Positions 27,741-63,855 of a stretch of 63,855 nucleotides of DNA are shown here, one piece after another (position 1 is the stretch's first letter; each line of letters starts with the position of its first letter). The DNA is from Paraspadella gotoi. Lineage: Eukaryota > Animalia > Chaetognatha. The translations under genes and the position numbers were made by a program. Under the pieces are notes generated by a model, which searched no databases, was not told the origin of the DNA, and saw only the letters and a list, made by a program, of their open reading frames with translations. The stretch spans positions 1,290,655-1,354,509 of the forward strand of contig CM119263.1 in assembly GCA_051294375.1 (NCBI GenBank). Reading direction: 5' to 3'.

Positions 27741-27829
27741 ATATTATAAATATAAAATGGAAAAATAGTGAATCAGATAATTTCGAAATTTTCATCCACA
27801 GATTTCTATATATTTACGCGTTTTTGAAC

Positions 27830-30487
27830 CAGAGATGTGGAAGCGATCGATTTTTCCGCCGCTGCCAATGCCGGCGCTTCCAAGACCCCTCCCGCTCCCG
27901 TTTTCGGGGTGCAAATCCTTACTTTTTTAGCCCGGATCGCTTTCGGGTTTTCGAGTTGCACAATAGCTTACTTTCTTTAGAAATTTTACATTTGTTATTA
28001 ATTTATAAAAATAACTCTTTTTAGAACAATGTAATTCATTGGTAAAAAAATTTTAACATTTTTTTTGGTAAACAAATAACAAGTAAAATTTTTACTATGA
28101 AAATTGTAAGAATTTGTAAGATTGGTAAAATCGTTCGAGTGGAAATGAGTTTAAAATTGAAACAAAACAAAAAACACTTTTCCCTATTTGCTTTTTTCTT
28201 TTTTATTAAATATAAATATAAGCTGCCATTAATTATTCAATTAATCAATTAATTAATCAATCAATTAAATTAAACTAAACACTAATCATCAAAATCACTT
28301 AAAAAAATTAATAAATCAATATCTATATCTATATGTCAATTAAATAATCAATTAATTTATCAAATCAAGCTAATTAATAAAATTTATTTATCAATAAATT
28401 ATAAAAGAACCAATTAATTAATTAATCAATTAATTAATCATCAATTAAACAATGTCAGTATTGATCATTGTCATCTCCAACATCATTGTTGCTTTTTGTC
28501 GCTGTCAGTGACCTGACCAAAAAGACCTAAAAAATTAACAGGCCTGATATGAAATTTATTTTAAATTTGATCAATCAATCAATTTCAAATTAATCATAAT
28601 GGTGCTATCCCTTGTTGTCATCAATAATCATCATCAAGGGTAGTCATTTCTTTTTGTCATAACCAATGGAAAAAGACAAAAAACAAACAAGGTTTTGAGC
28701 TAACAATGCCAGAACTGATCAGTTAAATTAATTATTCCAATCAAATTAATCAAATATTCAATCAATCAATGCAAAAAATTAAGCATCAATCAATTTGTCA
28801 ATCGTCGGTATTATCAGTCGTGGTTGCAGTCATATGAATTTATTTAATTAATTAAACTCCTTTATCTTTGTTGGACATTGGCAAAAATGTATCTATTATT
28901 TATTTTATCCCTGTTGTTTTGTTTCTCTCTCTCTCTCTTCACTCTTCTCTCTCTCTCCTTTAACAAGTTTTCTTCTTTTTCACACTACCACATCAATCTG
29001 CCCTTACCTTCAACGCTATCCTCACATCTGACCCACTATTTCTGTCTCACCACTTTGTTGGATAACTTTTACCCTCTCTCTATCTCTCTGACACTCTTCG
29101 TTTACACAAATTTATTTATGAATGTCATATGCTGATGAAAAGCTTGAAGTAAACAACCGAAACATGTCCCACTATTAATTAAAAAATGTGTTACAAAAAT
29201 TCCCAAAATTCTTTGCTTTCCTTTAAATTAATTAATGAAATATTTTTTAAATGTTTGAGGTGATCAAAACAAATTTAATAAAAATTTGAGGCGTGTTTTT
29301 TGTGATAAAGAAAAGACCGTGGTATTGTCAAAAACAGTAAAAAAGTAAAAGATGGAAAATAAAAAAATTAATAAAACAACAACACTAGTATTTTTACATT
29401 GGCTGAGAAAAGGTCATCCCAATAACAAGATTGGGTAAAAACAGGTCATTCTTATTAAACCACTACTCGTACTTAACGGCTCACAAAGTACAAGTATTAT
29501 TTTGAATTACTTTAAATATGTAATTAATTAATGGATAATTTATTTTTTATTTCATTAATTAATCTATTAATTACCGCTAATGATCGTGGGCAGATCCGGT
29601 AACATGTTTTTGCTCAAACTTGTTTATTAATAATTTTTTAGATTTATTTATTTTTATATATTTTTCTTTTTATTTTGCTTTTTTGTTCAGTGCAAGAGGG
29701 GATAAAGAAAGAAGAATTAGGAGAGAGTGTGTGTTAGAGATTTTAGGTATGTATAAATTATAGCATAATAGTTATGCAATATTAACCAAAATAAAACAGA
29801 TCAATCCTTTGGTTTTTAAAACTTGTTTGTAACAATGAAAAACGTTAATGGATTTAAAAAAAGAGACTTAAATTTAAAGAAAAATATAAAAATGATAAGA
29901 AATAAAATTTTTAATTTTATAGAATTAAAGTTAATTTAAAATTAATTTAACTTAATTAACAAAAAGGTTTTTTTTTTCTTCAGAAAAAAAAATAGGGAAA
30001 AAAAAAAATTCTTTTTTTTTTTTTCAAGCCTCAAAGAATTTTATTTAAATATATTAAAGAATAATTAAAAAAAGTAAAATATGTAATTTTTTCTCATAGA
30101 TTCTCGACAAAGTAGGATAAGAGAATAAAGAAAAAAAATAAAAGAAAAGAGAATAGAAAATTGAATAAAAAGATTAGGAGCAAACAATTTTACAATGTTG
30201 AGAATAAATATTCAAACAATTTTTAAAGAAAAAAAAAGAGAGAGCAGGGGGTTGATCAAAAGATTTTAATGACATTAAATACTTTTCATTTCTAACGCAA
30301 ATAAAAACTAAATGCACCAGGAAGCGAACACACGCAGGGTTTATATAATCGCCTTCATCAGGGATTGCAATGCCTATTATTCTCATCTTTTCTATCGTCT
30401 CCGGTGTTCGAGGTTCTTTGCAAAATCGAGAGACGATTCCACAGTGTTCGCTTACGCTGTCACCGGATCGGCGTCCAGCATACTCTG
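27830..30487. mobile_element. The same non-autonomous hAT element in copy 2
   Basis: Colinear with 9735-12240; both TIRs present with read errors. Confidence 0.8.
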
Positions 30488-31257
30488 GTTTGACTCTTCG
30501 AAAACAAAATCAAAAAATTTGATTTAGAATGTGAACGAAAACTTCAACGAAGAACAAGACCTTTCACGGGTATCACGTGAAGATGACGACCATCGACTTT
30601 GACGAATTCACGAAGTCCGAACTCGGTTGGCGTCAAAAGGGAATCTTTCCATTAACGGCGACTCAGTTTCGACTGGAGAGTCAAAATCGAATCTCAGGGG
30701 AAAAAGATTTCGACTTCTTTTTTTGCTTAAGACGTTTTCAGGTGAGACCGAGAAATGGCGGCGTGGCAGCGGGCGAAGGATGAAGATTGTTGTTAGGACG
30801 ACGTCGGCGTTAGCGTTCACATTTTATCAATAATGTCATTATCGAATAGTCCTTTTTTTTTCATTATCAAATAGATTCATACGAAGTTATTAATGTGAGG
30901 AGTGAATGGATTCTCACTAAATTTTCCGGTTTAATTCAACGAAGAGATTTTTTCACTTCGGTTTAATCACGGTTTTTTCTCACCTCTCTCTCTCTCTTTC
31001 TCGTCTCATTATTCCATCGATTCTTTCCAACATTTTTTCTTATTAGCTCTTTGTCTGTTGTGTTTCATTTCAAACCGGTCTTTTTTAATTTTTCTTTTCC
31101 CTAGATCATCTCTTGTGCTCTAGTTTTTCTCTCTCTCTCGTTCGTTTTCTCTCTCTCTCTCTCTCGACTCTCTCGTCTCTCTCTCTCTCTCCGGACCCTC
31201 TCTCTCTCTCTCTTGTCTTCTGCTCTCTCTCTNNNNNNNNNNNNNNNNNNNNNNNNN

Positions 31258-31645
31258 CTCTCTCTACTCTCTCTCTCTCTCTCTCTCTCTCCTCTCTTCT
31301 CTCTCTCTCTCTCTCCAGAGCAAACTAGAACTATGAGGGTGAGCGTGTACTGAATGTGCCCACTATTTATATTCACATCCTAAAAGCAAATTACGGATCA
31401 TTTTTTCTGTCAATTCATCTAAAAGGATTTTAATAATTATTTATCCATAAAAAAAAGTCCCTTTGGAAATTATAGTTTTATAATTCCGGGTGTCGTCACG
31501 GGTGACTTGTCACCCCTAGGGCGTCTCATCGCGGGCCACTGCCAATTTTCCGCATCGGCCATCGCCAATTTCCGCCGCAAAAATTCGATAATGTTGCCGT
31601 TCAGATCGATTTTTTCAAAATTCGTTTTTTTTCAGCTCAATTTTC
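31258..31645 (+). repeat. ~380-bp segment directly repeated at ~36594-36938, bracketing the satellite
   Basis: (CT)n-CCAGAGCAAACTAGAACTATGAGG...CAGCTCAATTTTCG occurs at both positions. Confidence 0.85.
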
Positions 31646-31659
31646 GGGGAAAGCGTCTT

Positions 31660-34600
31660 TGAATATCACTTAAAATATCATAGGAAATATATTCAAGAGG
31701 CTCCTATTTCAAGGGTTTTCCAAATAGAAAATAGCCATTTTTTCTTTTTAATATCAATGATTAATCATTTTCAGGGTTTCTTAAAACTATCATTGTTTTT
31801 TTTCTTTTTAAATATCATTGAATTGTATACTTTCATTATATGGCCGTTCTTGTCAGAAATCGCCGTTTTTTTTAACTATCATCTTTCCTACTTAAATAAT
31901 CATTGAATTTTGCTCGGTTTCCTTTTTAAATATCATCCTTTTTTTAATATATCAATTTCTTCAAAAAATCCGTTTCTTTAAATATCATCTTTTTTTTTAA
32001 TATCATTTCTCCCAAAAAGTATCATCCGTGTTTTACTTTTAAAATATCATCATTCTTTTAATATCAATCAGTAATAATCGGTTTTCCTTTTAAATATCAT
32101 TTTTTCCAAATAACTATCATCGGTGTTTACTTTTAACTACATCACTTTTATTAAATATCATGCAAAACTCCTAAATCGTTTCCTTTTTTAAATTATCAAT
32201 CTTTTTTTTTAAAAATTCATTTCTCCAAATAACTATCATCCGTGTTACTGTTTTAAAATACATCAATTTTTTGCAATATTCATCACGTAAAAATCGGTTT
32301 TCCTTTTAAATATCAATTTCTCCAATAGACTATCATCGGTTTTTACTTTTAACTATCATCCTTTTTTTAAATATCATCAAACTTCCTAAATCGGTTTCCT
32401 TTTTAAATTAATGCATCTTGTTTTAAAATATCATTATACTTTTTAAATATCATCAATTTTTTTTAAATATCAAGTAACTCCTAGATCGTTTTCCTTTTAA
32501 AATATCAAATTTTCCAAAATAACCTATCATGCGGGTGTTTTACTTTTAACTAATCATTCACTTTTTAATTTCAAATCAACTCCTAAATCGCTTTCCTTTT
32601 TAAAATTATCATCCCTTTTTTGTTTTTATTTTTAAATACCATTTCTCTCAATAACTATCATACCGTGTTTACTTCTTAAATATATCAAATTTTTAAATAT
32701 CATCAAACTAATAAATCGTTGTTTCCTTTTAAATATCATTTGCGCCAAAATAACTATCATCCCATGGTTTAAACCTTTTGGGGAATATCATCAATTTTTT
32801 AAATATCAGTAAACTACTAAAATCGGTTTCCTTTTAAATAGTCATTTTTCTCCCAAATAACTATCATCGTTTTTTACTTTTAACTTCAATCCTTTTTTAA
32901 AAAAAAATATCATCAAACTCCCTAAATCGGTTTCCTTTTAAAATATCATCTTTTTTAAATAATCATTTTTACTTTTTAAATATCAATCAAAAATTTCTAA
33001 ATATCCAGTAACCCTAAAAATCGTTTCCTTTTAAATATCATTTCTCATAAACTATCCCACTCCCGTGTTTTAAACTTTTTAAAGTATCATGTAATTGTTT
33101 TTTAAATTATCAGTAAAACTACTAAAATCGGTTTCCTTTTAAAATAATCATCTTTTTTTACATATCAATTTCTCCAAATAAACTTATCAATCCGGGTTTA
33201 TATTTAAATAATCATTATTTTTTAATATCAGTAAACGTCCTAAATCCCGTTTTCCTTTTAAATATGCATTTCTCCAAAAAAATAACATCTATCCGTGTGT
33301 TTACACTTTTGAAATATCATCATTTTTAAAATATCAGTAACTACTAAATCGGGTTTCCTTTTAAATATCAATTCTTCCAAATAACTATCATCGAGGTTTT
33401 TTACTTTTAACTATGGCATTCCTCTTTTAAAATATATCAAAATCTCCTAAAATCGGTTTCCCTTTAAAGTATCATCTTTTTTTTAAATAATCATTTTACT
33501 TTAATATCATCAATTTTTTAAAAATATCAGTAACTCCTAAATCGGTTTCTTTTAATATCATTTTTTCCAAATAACTACCATCAAGTGTTATCTTTAACTA
33601 TCAGTCACTTTTTTTAAAAATATCATCAACTCCTAAATCGGCTTCCTTTTAAATATCATCTTTTTTTTAATATCATTTCTCAAATAACTATCATCCGTGT
33701 TTACCTTTTAAATATCATCCCTTTTAAATATCATTACCTCCTAAATCGGTTTCCTTTAAATATCATTTCTCCAAATAACTATCATCCGTAATTTAAACTT
33801 TTAAATATCATCATTTTTTAAATATCAGTAACTACTAAATCGGTTTCCTTTTTAAATATCATTTTCCAAATAAACTCATAACAGTTTTTAACTTTTAACT
33901 ATATCCTTTTTTTTAAATATCAATCAATTCGCTAAATCGGTTCCCTTTTAAATATCGATCTTTTTTAATTATCATTTACTTTTAAAATATCATCATTTTT
34001 TAAAATATCAGTAACTTCTAAATCGGGTTTTCCTTTAAATATCATTTTTCCGAAAATAACTATCACGGTGTTTTAGCTTTTTAACTATCACTCACTTTTT
34101 AAATACATCAACTCCTAATCGGTTTTCCTTTAAATATCATCTTTTTTTAAATATCAAATTTCTACAAATAACTATCATCCGTCGTTTTACTTTTAAATAT
34201 CATAAATTGTTTAAATATCAGTAACTCTCTAAATCGGTTTCCACTTTTAAATAATCAATTTTTCCAAAAAACACATCATTCGGTTTTTACTTTTAACTAT
34301 TATCCTTTTTAAATACTGCATCACATCCTGAATCGGTTTCCTTTTTATATAATATCAGTTTTCTTTTAAATATCATATTTACCTTTAAATACCATATTTT
34401 TTTAAAAATATCAAGTACTCCTAATCGGTTCCTTTTAAATATCATCTTTTTTTCCAATATCATTTCTACAAATAACTAACATCCCATAGTTTTACTTTTA
34501 AATATCATCATTTTTTAAATATCATCAACTAATAAATCTGTTTCCTTGTTAAAAATGCATTTCTCCAAATAACTATCATCCATGGGTTTATTTTGAATAT

Positions 34601-36591
34601 CATCATTTTTTAAGATATCAGTAACTACTAAAATCGGTTTCCTTTTAAATATCATTTCTCCAATAAATATCAATCCCTGTTTTACTTTTAAATAATCATA
34701 ATTTTTTAAATTCAGTGAACTACTTAAATCGGTTTCTTTTAAATCATTTTTCTCAAATTTAACTGATCATCGGTTTTTTTTATACTTTTAACTATCATCC
34801 TTTTTAAATATCAAATCAACTCAAATCGGTTTTCTTTAAATATCATCTTTTTTTAAATAATCATTTTACTTTTAATTTATCATATTTGTCTAAATATCAG
34901 TAACTACTTAAAATCGGTTCCTTTAAATTCCACTTTTTCCAATAACATCATCGTTTTTTTACTTTTAACTATCATCCTTTTTTAAATATCATCAACCTAA
35001 ATCGTTCTTTTTAAATATCATTTTTTATTTAAATATGCATTTTACTTTTAAATATCATATTTTTTAAATATCAGTAACTCTAAATACGGTTTCCTTTTAA
35101 TATCATTTTTTCCAAATAACTATCCATTCGGTGTTTTACTTTAACTATCATCACTTTCTAAAATATCATCAACTCCTAAATCGGTTTTCCTTTTAAAATA
35201 TCATCTTTTTGTTAAATATCATTTCTACAAATAACTATCATCCGTGTTTTTACTTTTAAATATCATCATTTTTTTAAATATCATCACTAATAAATCGGTT
35301 TCTTTAAATATCATTTTTTCCAAATAACTATCATTACGGTTTTTTTATTACTTTTAACTATCATCCTTTATTAAATATCATCAAACCCTAAATCGGTTTC
35401 CTTTTAAATATCATCTTTTTTTAAATATCATTTTACTTTTAAATATAAATCAATTTTTTAAATATCAGTACCCTAAATCGGTTTCCTTTTAAATATCATT
35501 TTTACAAATAACTTCAATCAGTGTTTTTACCTTTTAACATCATTCACTTTTTAATATCATCAACGTCCTAAATCGTTTCCTTTAAATATCAGCACCTTTT
35601 TTTTAATATCATTTCTCCAAAGTAAGCTATCAATGCCGTGTTTTTACTTTTAAATATCAATCCTTTTTTGAATACATTAACCTTCTCTAAATCGGTTTCC
35701 CTCCTTTTAAAATACTCATTTCTCCAAATGAACTATGCATCCGTGTTTTACTTTTAAATATCATCATTTTTAAATATCAGTAACTACTAAAATCGGTTCC
35801 TATTAAATATCCATTTTTCCAATAACTATCATCGGTTTTTTACTTTTAACTATCATCCTTTTTAAAATATCATCACTCCTAAATCTGGTTTCCTTTAAAT
35901 TATCATCTTTTTTTAAAATAATTTATTTACTTTAAATATCATCATTTTAAATACTCAGTAAATCCAAAAATACGTTTCCTTTTAAATATCATTTTCTCCA
36001 AATAACTATCATCCGTGTTTAAGCTTTTAAATATCATCATTTTTAAATATCAGTAAACTCTCTAAATCGGTTTCCTTTAAAGTATCCATTTTTCCAAAAT
36101 AACTATCAGTCGGGTTTTTACTTTTAACTATCACTTTTTTAAATATCATCACTCCTAAATCGTTTCTCTTTTAAATATCATCTTTTTTTAAATATCATTT
36201 TACTTTTAAATATCAATATCAATTTTAAATATCAGTAACTCCTAATCGGTTTCCCTTTTAAAATTCATTTTTCCAAATAACTAACATCGGTTTTTACTTT
36301 TCACTATCATGCAACTTTTTTAAATATCAATCAACTCCTAAAATTCGGTTCCTTTTAAATATCATCTTTTTTTTAATATCATTTCTACAAATAACTATCA
36401 TCCGTGTTTTACTTTTAAATATCATCATTTTTTAAATATCATTCACTATATTAAATCTGGCGTATCGGTCTCGGTTTTTTCTTTTAAATAATCATTCTGT
36501 TCTCCAATAAACTATCATCGTGTCTTACTCTTTAACTATCATCACTTTTTTTTAATACATCAACTCCTAAATCGGTTTCCTTTTAAATATG
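31660..36591. repeat. AT-rich satellite array with ~85-110 bp monomer variants and higher-order arrangement
   Basis: Recurring AACT(C/A)CTAAATCGGTTTCCTTTTAAATATCAT, CCAAATAACTATCATC(C/G)GT and TTTT(AAA/AAC)TATCAT subunits over ~4.9 kb. Confidence 0.95.
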
Positions 36592-36629
<38 letters not shown>

Positions 36630-37142
36630 GAGCAAACTAGAACTATGAGGTGAGCGTGGTACTGAACTTGCCCACTATTTATTATTCACATCCTAAATGC
36701 AAATTACGTCATTTTTTTTCTGTCAAATTCATCTAAAATATTTAATATTATTTATCCATAAAAAAAGTCCCTTTGAATTTATAGTTTTAATTCCGGGTGT
36801 CGTCACGTGACTTGTCCCAACCCCTAGGGCGTCTCTCCGGCCACGCCAATTTCCGCCACGCCACGCCAATTTCCGCCGCAAAATCGATAATTTGCGTTCG
36901 ATCGATTTTTTCAAATTCGTTTTTTCAGCTCAATTTTCGTCGTTTAAATGAATTTGTCGCTCGAGGCGTCGACATCATCTCTCTCTCTCTCTCTCTCTTC
37001 GTCTCCTCTCTCTCCTCCTCTCTTCTCTCTTCCGAACTCTCTCTCTTCTCTCTCTCCTCTCTCTCTCTCTCTCAAACTGACAACCTCTTCCCATTTTTTG
37101 GTGCGATTCCTTCCTTTCCGGAACCCCGAAAACAATCCACAA

Positions 37143-37260
37143 AGACCCAATTTAAACCTTTTTCTTCCACTCATACCCAATTTAAAACTTTTTCTTCCAC
37201 TCAAACCTAATTTTAACCTTTTTCTTTCAGTCAGACCCAATAGAAACCTTTACCCTTCAC
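37143..37260. repeat. ~31-bp tandem repeat, about 4 copies
   Basis: ACCCAATTTAAACCTTTTTCTTCCACTCA-like units. Confidence 0.7.
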
Positions 37261-38667
37261 ACAAACTCCGGAGAGAAAACAACAGAAAAACATTTGTCCG
37301 TCGATCAAGTTATCTTTCTTCCTATTCTTTTCTTTTCTTTTCTTTTCTTTTCTTTTCGTTTTTCTTTTCTTTTTTTTTTCATTCCACCACTTCCCTCTGT
37401 TTTAGAGTTTAAATTCCGGTTAACATTGGAGGTCGAAGAAAGAACATTGTTTTCTCGTTAATACGATTTAGTTTGACTTTTGTTTTTCTAGTTGTCGTCG
37501 TCGTCGTCGTCGTCATTGTCGTCGTCTCTTCTTACAGAGTAAATCATCAGATTCGCAACTGCGGGAAGACCAAGTACGTTATACTACATATGAAATTAGT
37601 ACAACCGATTTAAAACTTATCCATTCATTTCATAAATAAGCTATCCTGCCCTTGAATTTGGACAGGCTTCGGTGCCTCCATCACTCTTTCAAGATAATAA
37701 CATAGAAAGACTCTGCAAGCTACTCTAAGTTTTATTATTAAAATGTTGATGCTTTCGGTTGTTGTCTTCGTTTCCTCATCTTTTTCCTCGTCGTCGTCGT
37801 CGTTGTTATCCTTGTTTCCAAATCTTATTCTTATTCTCCTTTCGTCTTTAGCCTTTTTGCTCTTTTGTTCTCCCACTTAAGAGAAGGAAATTCCCTCGAG
37901 GAATTTCTTCTCTCTCTTTCGACAAAGTCTCTCTCGGGTTGGAGAGCGGTGGTGGTTTGGGGGAGGGGAATTCTTTTTAATGGTTTATGTTATTTCCGGC
38001 TTTCGCCAATGGCTCTCGAGTTTGGGGGGGAGCAAGGCCGCTTGGATTTAATTCGTTAGTTTTAATTAAAGCAGTTGGTTTCGACTTTACATTATGGTTA
38101 AACTTTTTATTCGTATGATCTGCATTTCGTAATTTAGTATATATATTTGTATATATTTATGACATAAATTATGTGTCCCTTGATGACAAAGTTTGCTCCT
38201 AAAGCATTCGTGATTTTTAAACCTTTGAAAAAAGAGGCAATTAGAGCCTCGTTTTGGAGAAAACTAGTTTTCTTTTTCTTTTTTTATATTCTATTTATTT
38301 ACGACTATTAGTATTGCTAAGCGACGGCGATTGCTCATTTAGCAAGCTTAATGAGAAACGAACTGTGTTTTCGTTTCACGTTAACGCTCTCACTTTCTCT
38401 CTCTCTCTCTCTCTCTCTCTCNNNNNNNNNNNNNNNNNNNNNNNNNNNNNNNNNNNNNNNNNNNNNNNNNNNNNNNNNNNNNNNNNNNNNNNNNNNNNNN
38501 NNNNNNNNNNNNNNNNNNNNNNNNNNNNNNNNNNNNNNNNNNNNNNNNNNNNNNNNNNNNNNNNNNNNNNNNNNNNNNNNNNNNNNNNNNNNNNNNNNNN
38601 NNNNNNNNNNNNNNNNNNNNNNNNNNNNNNNNNNNNNNNNNNNNNNNNNNNNNNNNNNNNNNNNNNN

Positions 38668-38698
<31 letters not shown>

Positions 38699-38906
38699 CC
38701 AATTTTATCGTAACTTAAATATTGTTTTAAGAGGAATAAATTAAAAGCAAATGAGTGTGGCTTCATAACAAAATTAGCTTCATAACAAAATTGTTTTCGC
38801 TTTCAATATTAAAATTTGAATAAATTTAATTATTTCATTTTTCAGAACTACATCAATGCGGACTCTTAAATAGCGGAAGAAGACTTAACGACAAAAGAAA
38901 ACGAAA

Positions 38907-62349
<23,443 letters not shown>

Positions 62350-63855
62350 TATTTAATTTCCTTTTTCTTTTTTCCATCCGTGTATAAAGGATATTTTTTC
62401 AAAATTCATGACATTTTTTTTACCTAATATGGTCTTTCTATATTTTTTATGCTTTATAAATAATCTTATATTTTTCATTTTATTTTTTAATAGGTCCTCG
62501 CTAGAAACAAAAAAAAAATAGTATATATTTTATAAATCGTCTCGGGCTTTTTTCGTCATGAATTCGTTTTTTCTTACGAACTTCCTTTCCTTTCCAATCA
62601 CATTTGAATTCTACCATGACTGTTCCTTCTTCCTGCTCTTAGTCTTCCCAAAAGCTGAATGCACCTTTGTTGTCAATAGCTGGTCTGAGTTCTTCAACCA
62701 AAGTTATAGTCTTGACTCAATGTTAACGGGTGCCTCTTTTCCGCCTCGAAAAAAAACTGTGTTTGTAATTTACCAAGCCCGAAATTTCTACCCGATATTT
62801 TGTGTTTCATTTTGTGTAGAAAATTCCGAAAAAGATTTTTATCTTTAACAGAAAGCAAACTTCCCCGGTGTTGCAAAACCCGTATACTAAAATTAGATTG
62901 CTAGCATTGCCTGGGTTCTCTAAAAAAAAGAGCACGTCATTTTTTGTCGGCCTTCAGAGGCACAAACCTAGAATGCGCCTTTAGAGCATAAAAGAAGTAC
63001 TTATACCGTCACACCCGCGTGAAGTTCTTTCCTTCCCGAAATCATTTGTTTTTGAATGTCAACACTTTACACACACTGTCTTTCTTTAAATGGATAATGA
63101 TCCAAGTCTTTGTCCTTCAGGGAAGAAATATACATTTTGACAATACGGAGTTTTTCTTCCCCTTTGGGTAAAGATCATTACTTTACTATTACAAAAGTAA
63201 TACTTTCATCAAAGCCTATTGACTTAGATATCTTTATTTTATTACTATTTTTATTACTCATTTCTTAAAGCTAAGTCCATAGGCTATGTGAATTAAAAAT
63301 TCTGCTTTTCTTTTAAAGTTTTTGGCTGCCCACTCGGGGACAACAACACCGTCCCAGACGCAACCTTTATTTATTTAATAATTTTAATATTAGTTGGTGA
63401 CTACCATGAATCGAACCATTCAACAAATGAAATAAAAAATATACAAAACGTACAAGATGATGAAAACGTAATCCTTAATTTTTAAGGAATACAAAAGTAC
63501 ATACAGGCTACAATAAGGATGGAGATTCGTAAACAATATTCATTCCAAATAGCTACTTTGTTTAAAGATGTAATCTTATTCCAATCGCAGATTGTATCTT
63601 TACTACATTCAACTTACAAGCTGCATAATTACTCTTGTAATCCTCAAATGATAATCACGATTCTATCTACCAGGCCATGCTATCACGTTCATGTAGTCAC
63701 ATTTACTTTATTAATTCCACAACAAATGTTATTTACAAAATAAAAAAATCTCTCTGTAATTGTTTTGTTTTATATCCCAGTCGCTTAAGTTAATGTGTAA
63801 CATTAAATGATTAATGATATAAGAATATAAGTTCGTTGGTTCTAAATTTAAACTG

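Larger units (their letters stand above)
12922..31232 (+). repeat. Copy 2 of the duplicated locus (LTR-inserted allele), error-rich long-read-quality sequence
   Basis: Restarts at the sequence of ~3195, ends at a 25-N gap, and has dense 1-nt indels relative to copy 1. Confidence 0.85.

Noticed and set aside
62400-63400. Coding-like minus-strand fragments (e.g. VMVEFKCDWKGKEVRKK, LKDKDLDHYPFKEKTVCVKC)
   Set aside because: Interrupted by stops with no identifiable family; possibly an old TE fossil.

Overview
Eukaryotic, probably invertebrate-animal, genomic DNA. Introns are AT-rich and full of (AG)n, (AAAG)n, (GAC)n and (GGAT)n microsatellites, exons are small and GC-rich, and there are many N gaps. 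Most ORFs in the supplied track are microsatellite read-through. Positions ~3.2-36.6 kb look like indel-rich long-read gap fill: the same ~7.4 kb locus appears twice, once empty and once carrying a 10.65 kb Ty3/Gypsy LTR retroelement (17091-27740). That element has a tRNA-Leu PBS, a PPT, gag, pol (RT-RNaseH-IN), a 4-bp ATAT target duplication, inverted 5'-CA...TG-3' termini, a hairpin repeat array and an env-like gene resembling class III (gB/chuvirus-G-like) fusogens. The duplicated locus also holds a ~2.5 kb non-autonomous hAT element (8-bp TSD) carrying a Penelope-type hammerhead relic, and a probable WD40-repeat gene. A ~4.9 kb higher-order satellite follows. The right half contains a complete multi-exon MORN1 orthologue (minus strand) with a palindromic hAT-type MITE in intron 2. 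It is flanked, and probably enclosed, by a plus-strand gene built from one-IQ-motif-per-exon modules of the PEP-19/neurogranin type. All family assignments come from remembered motifs, not database searches.
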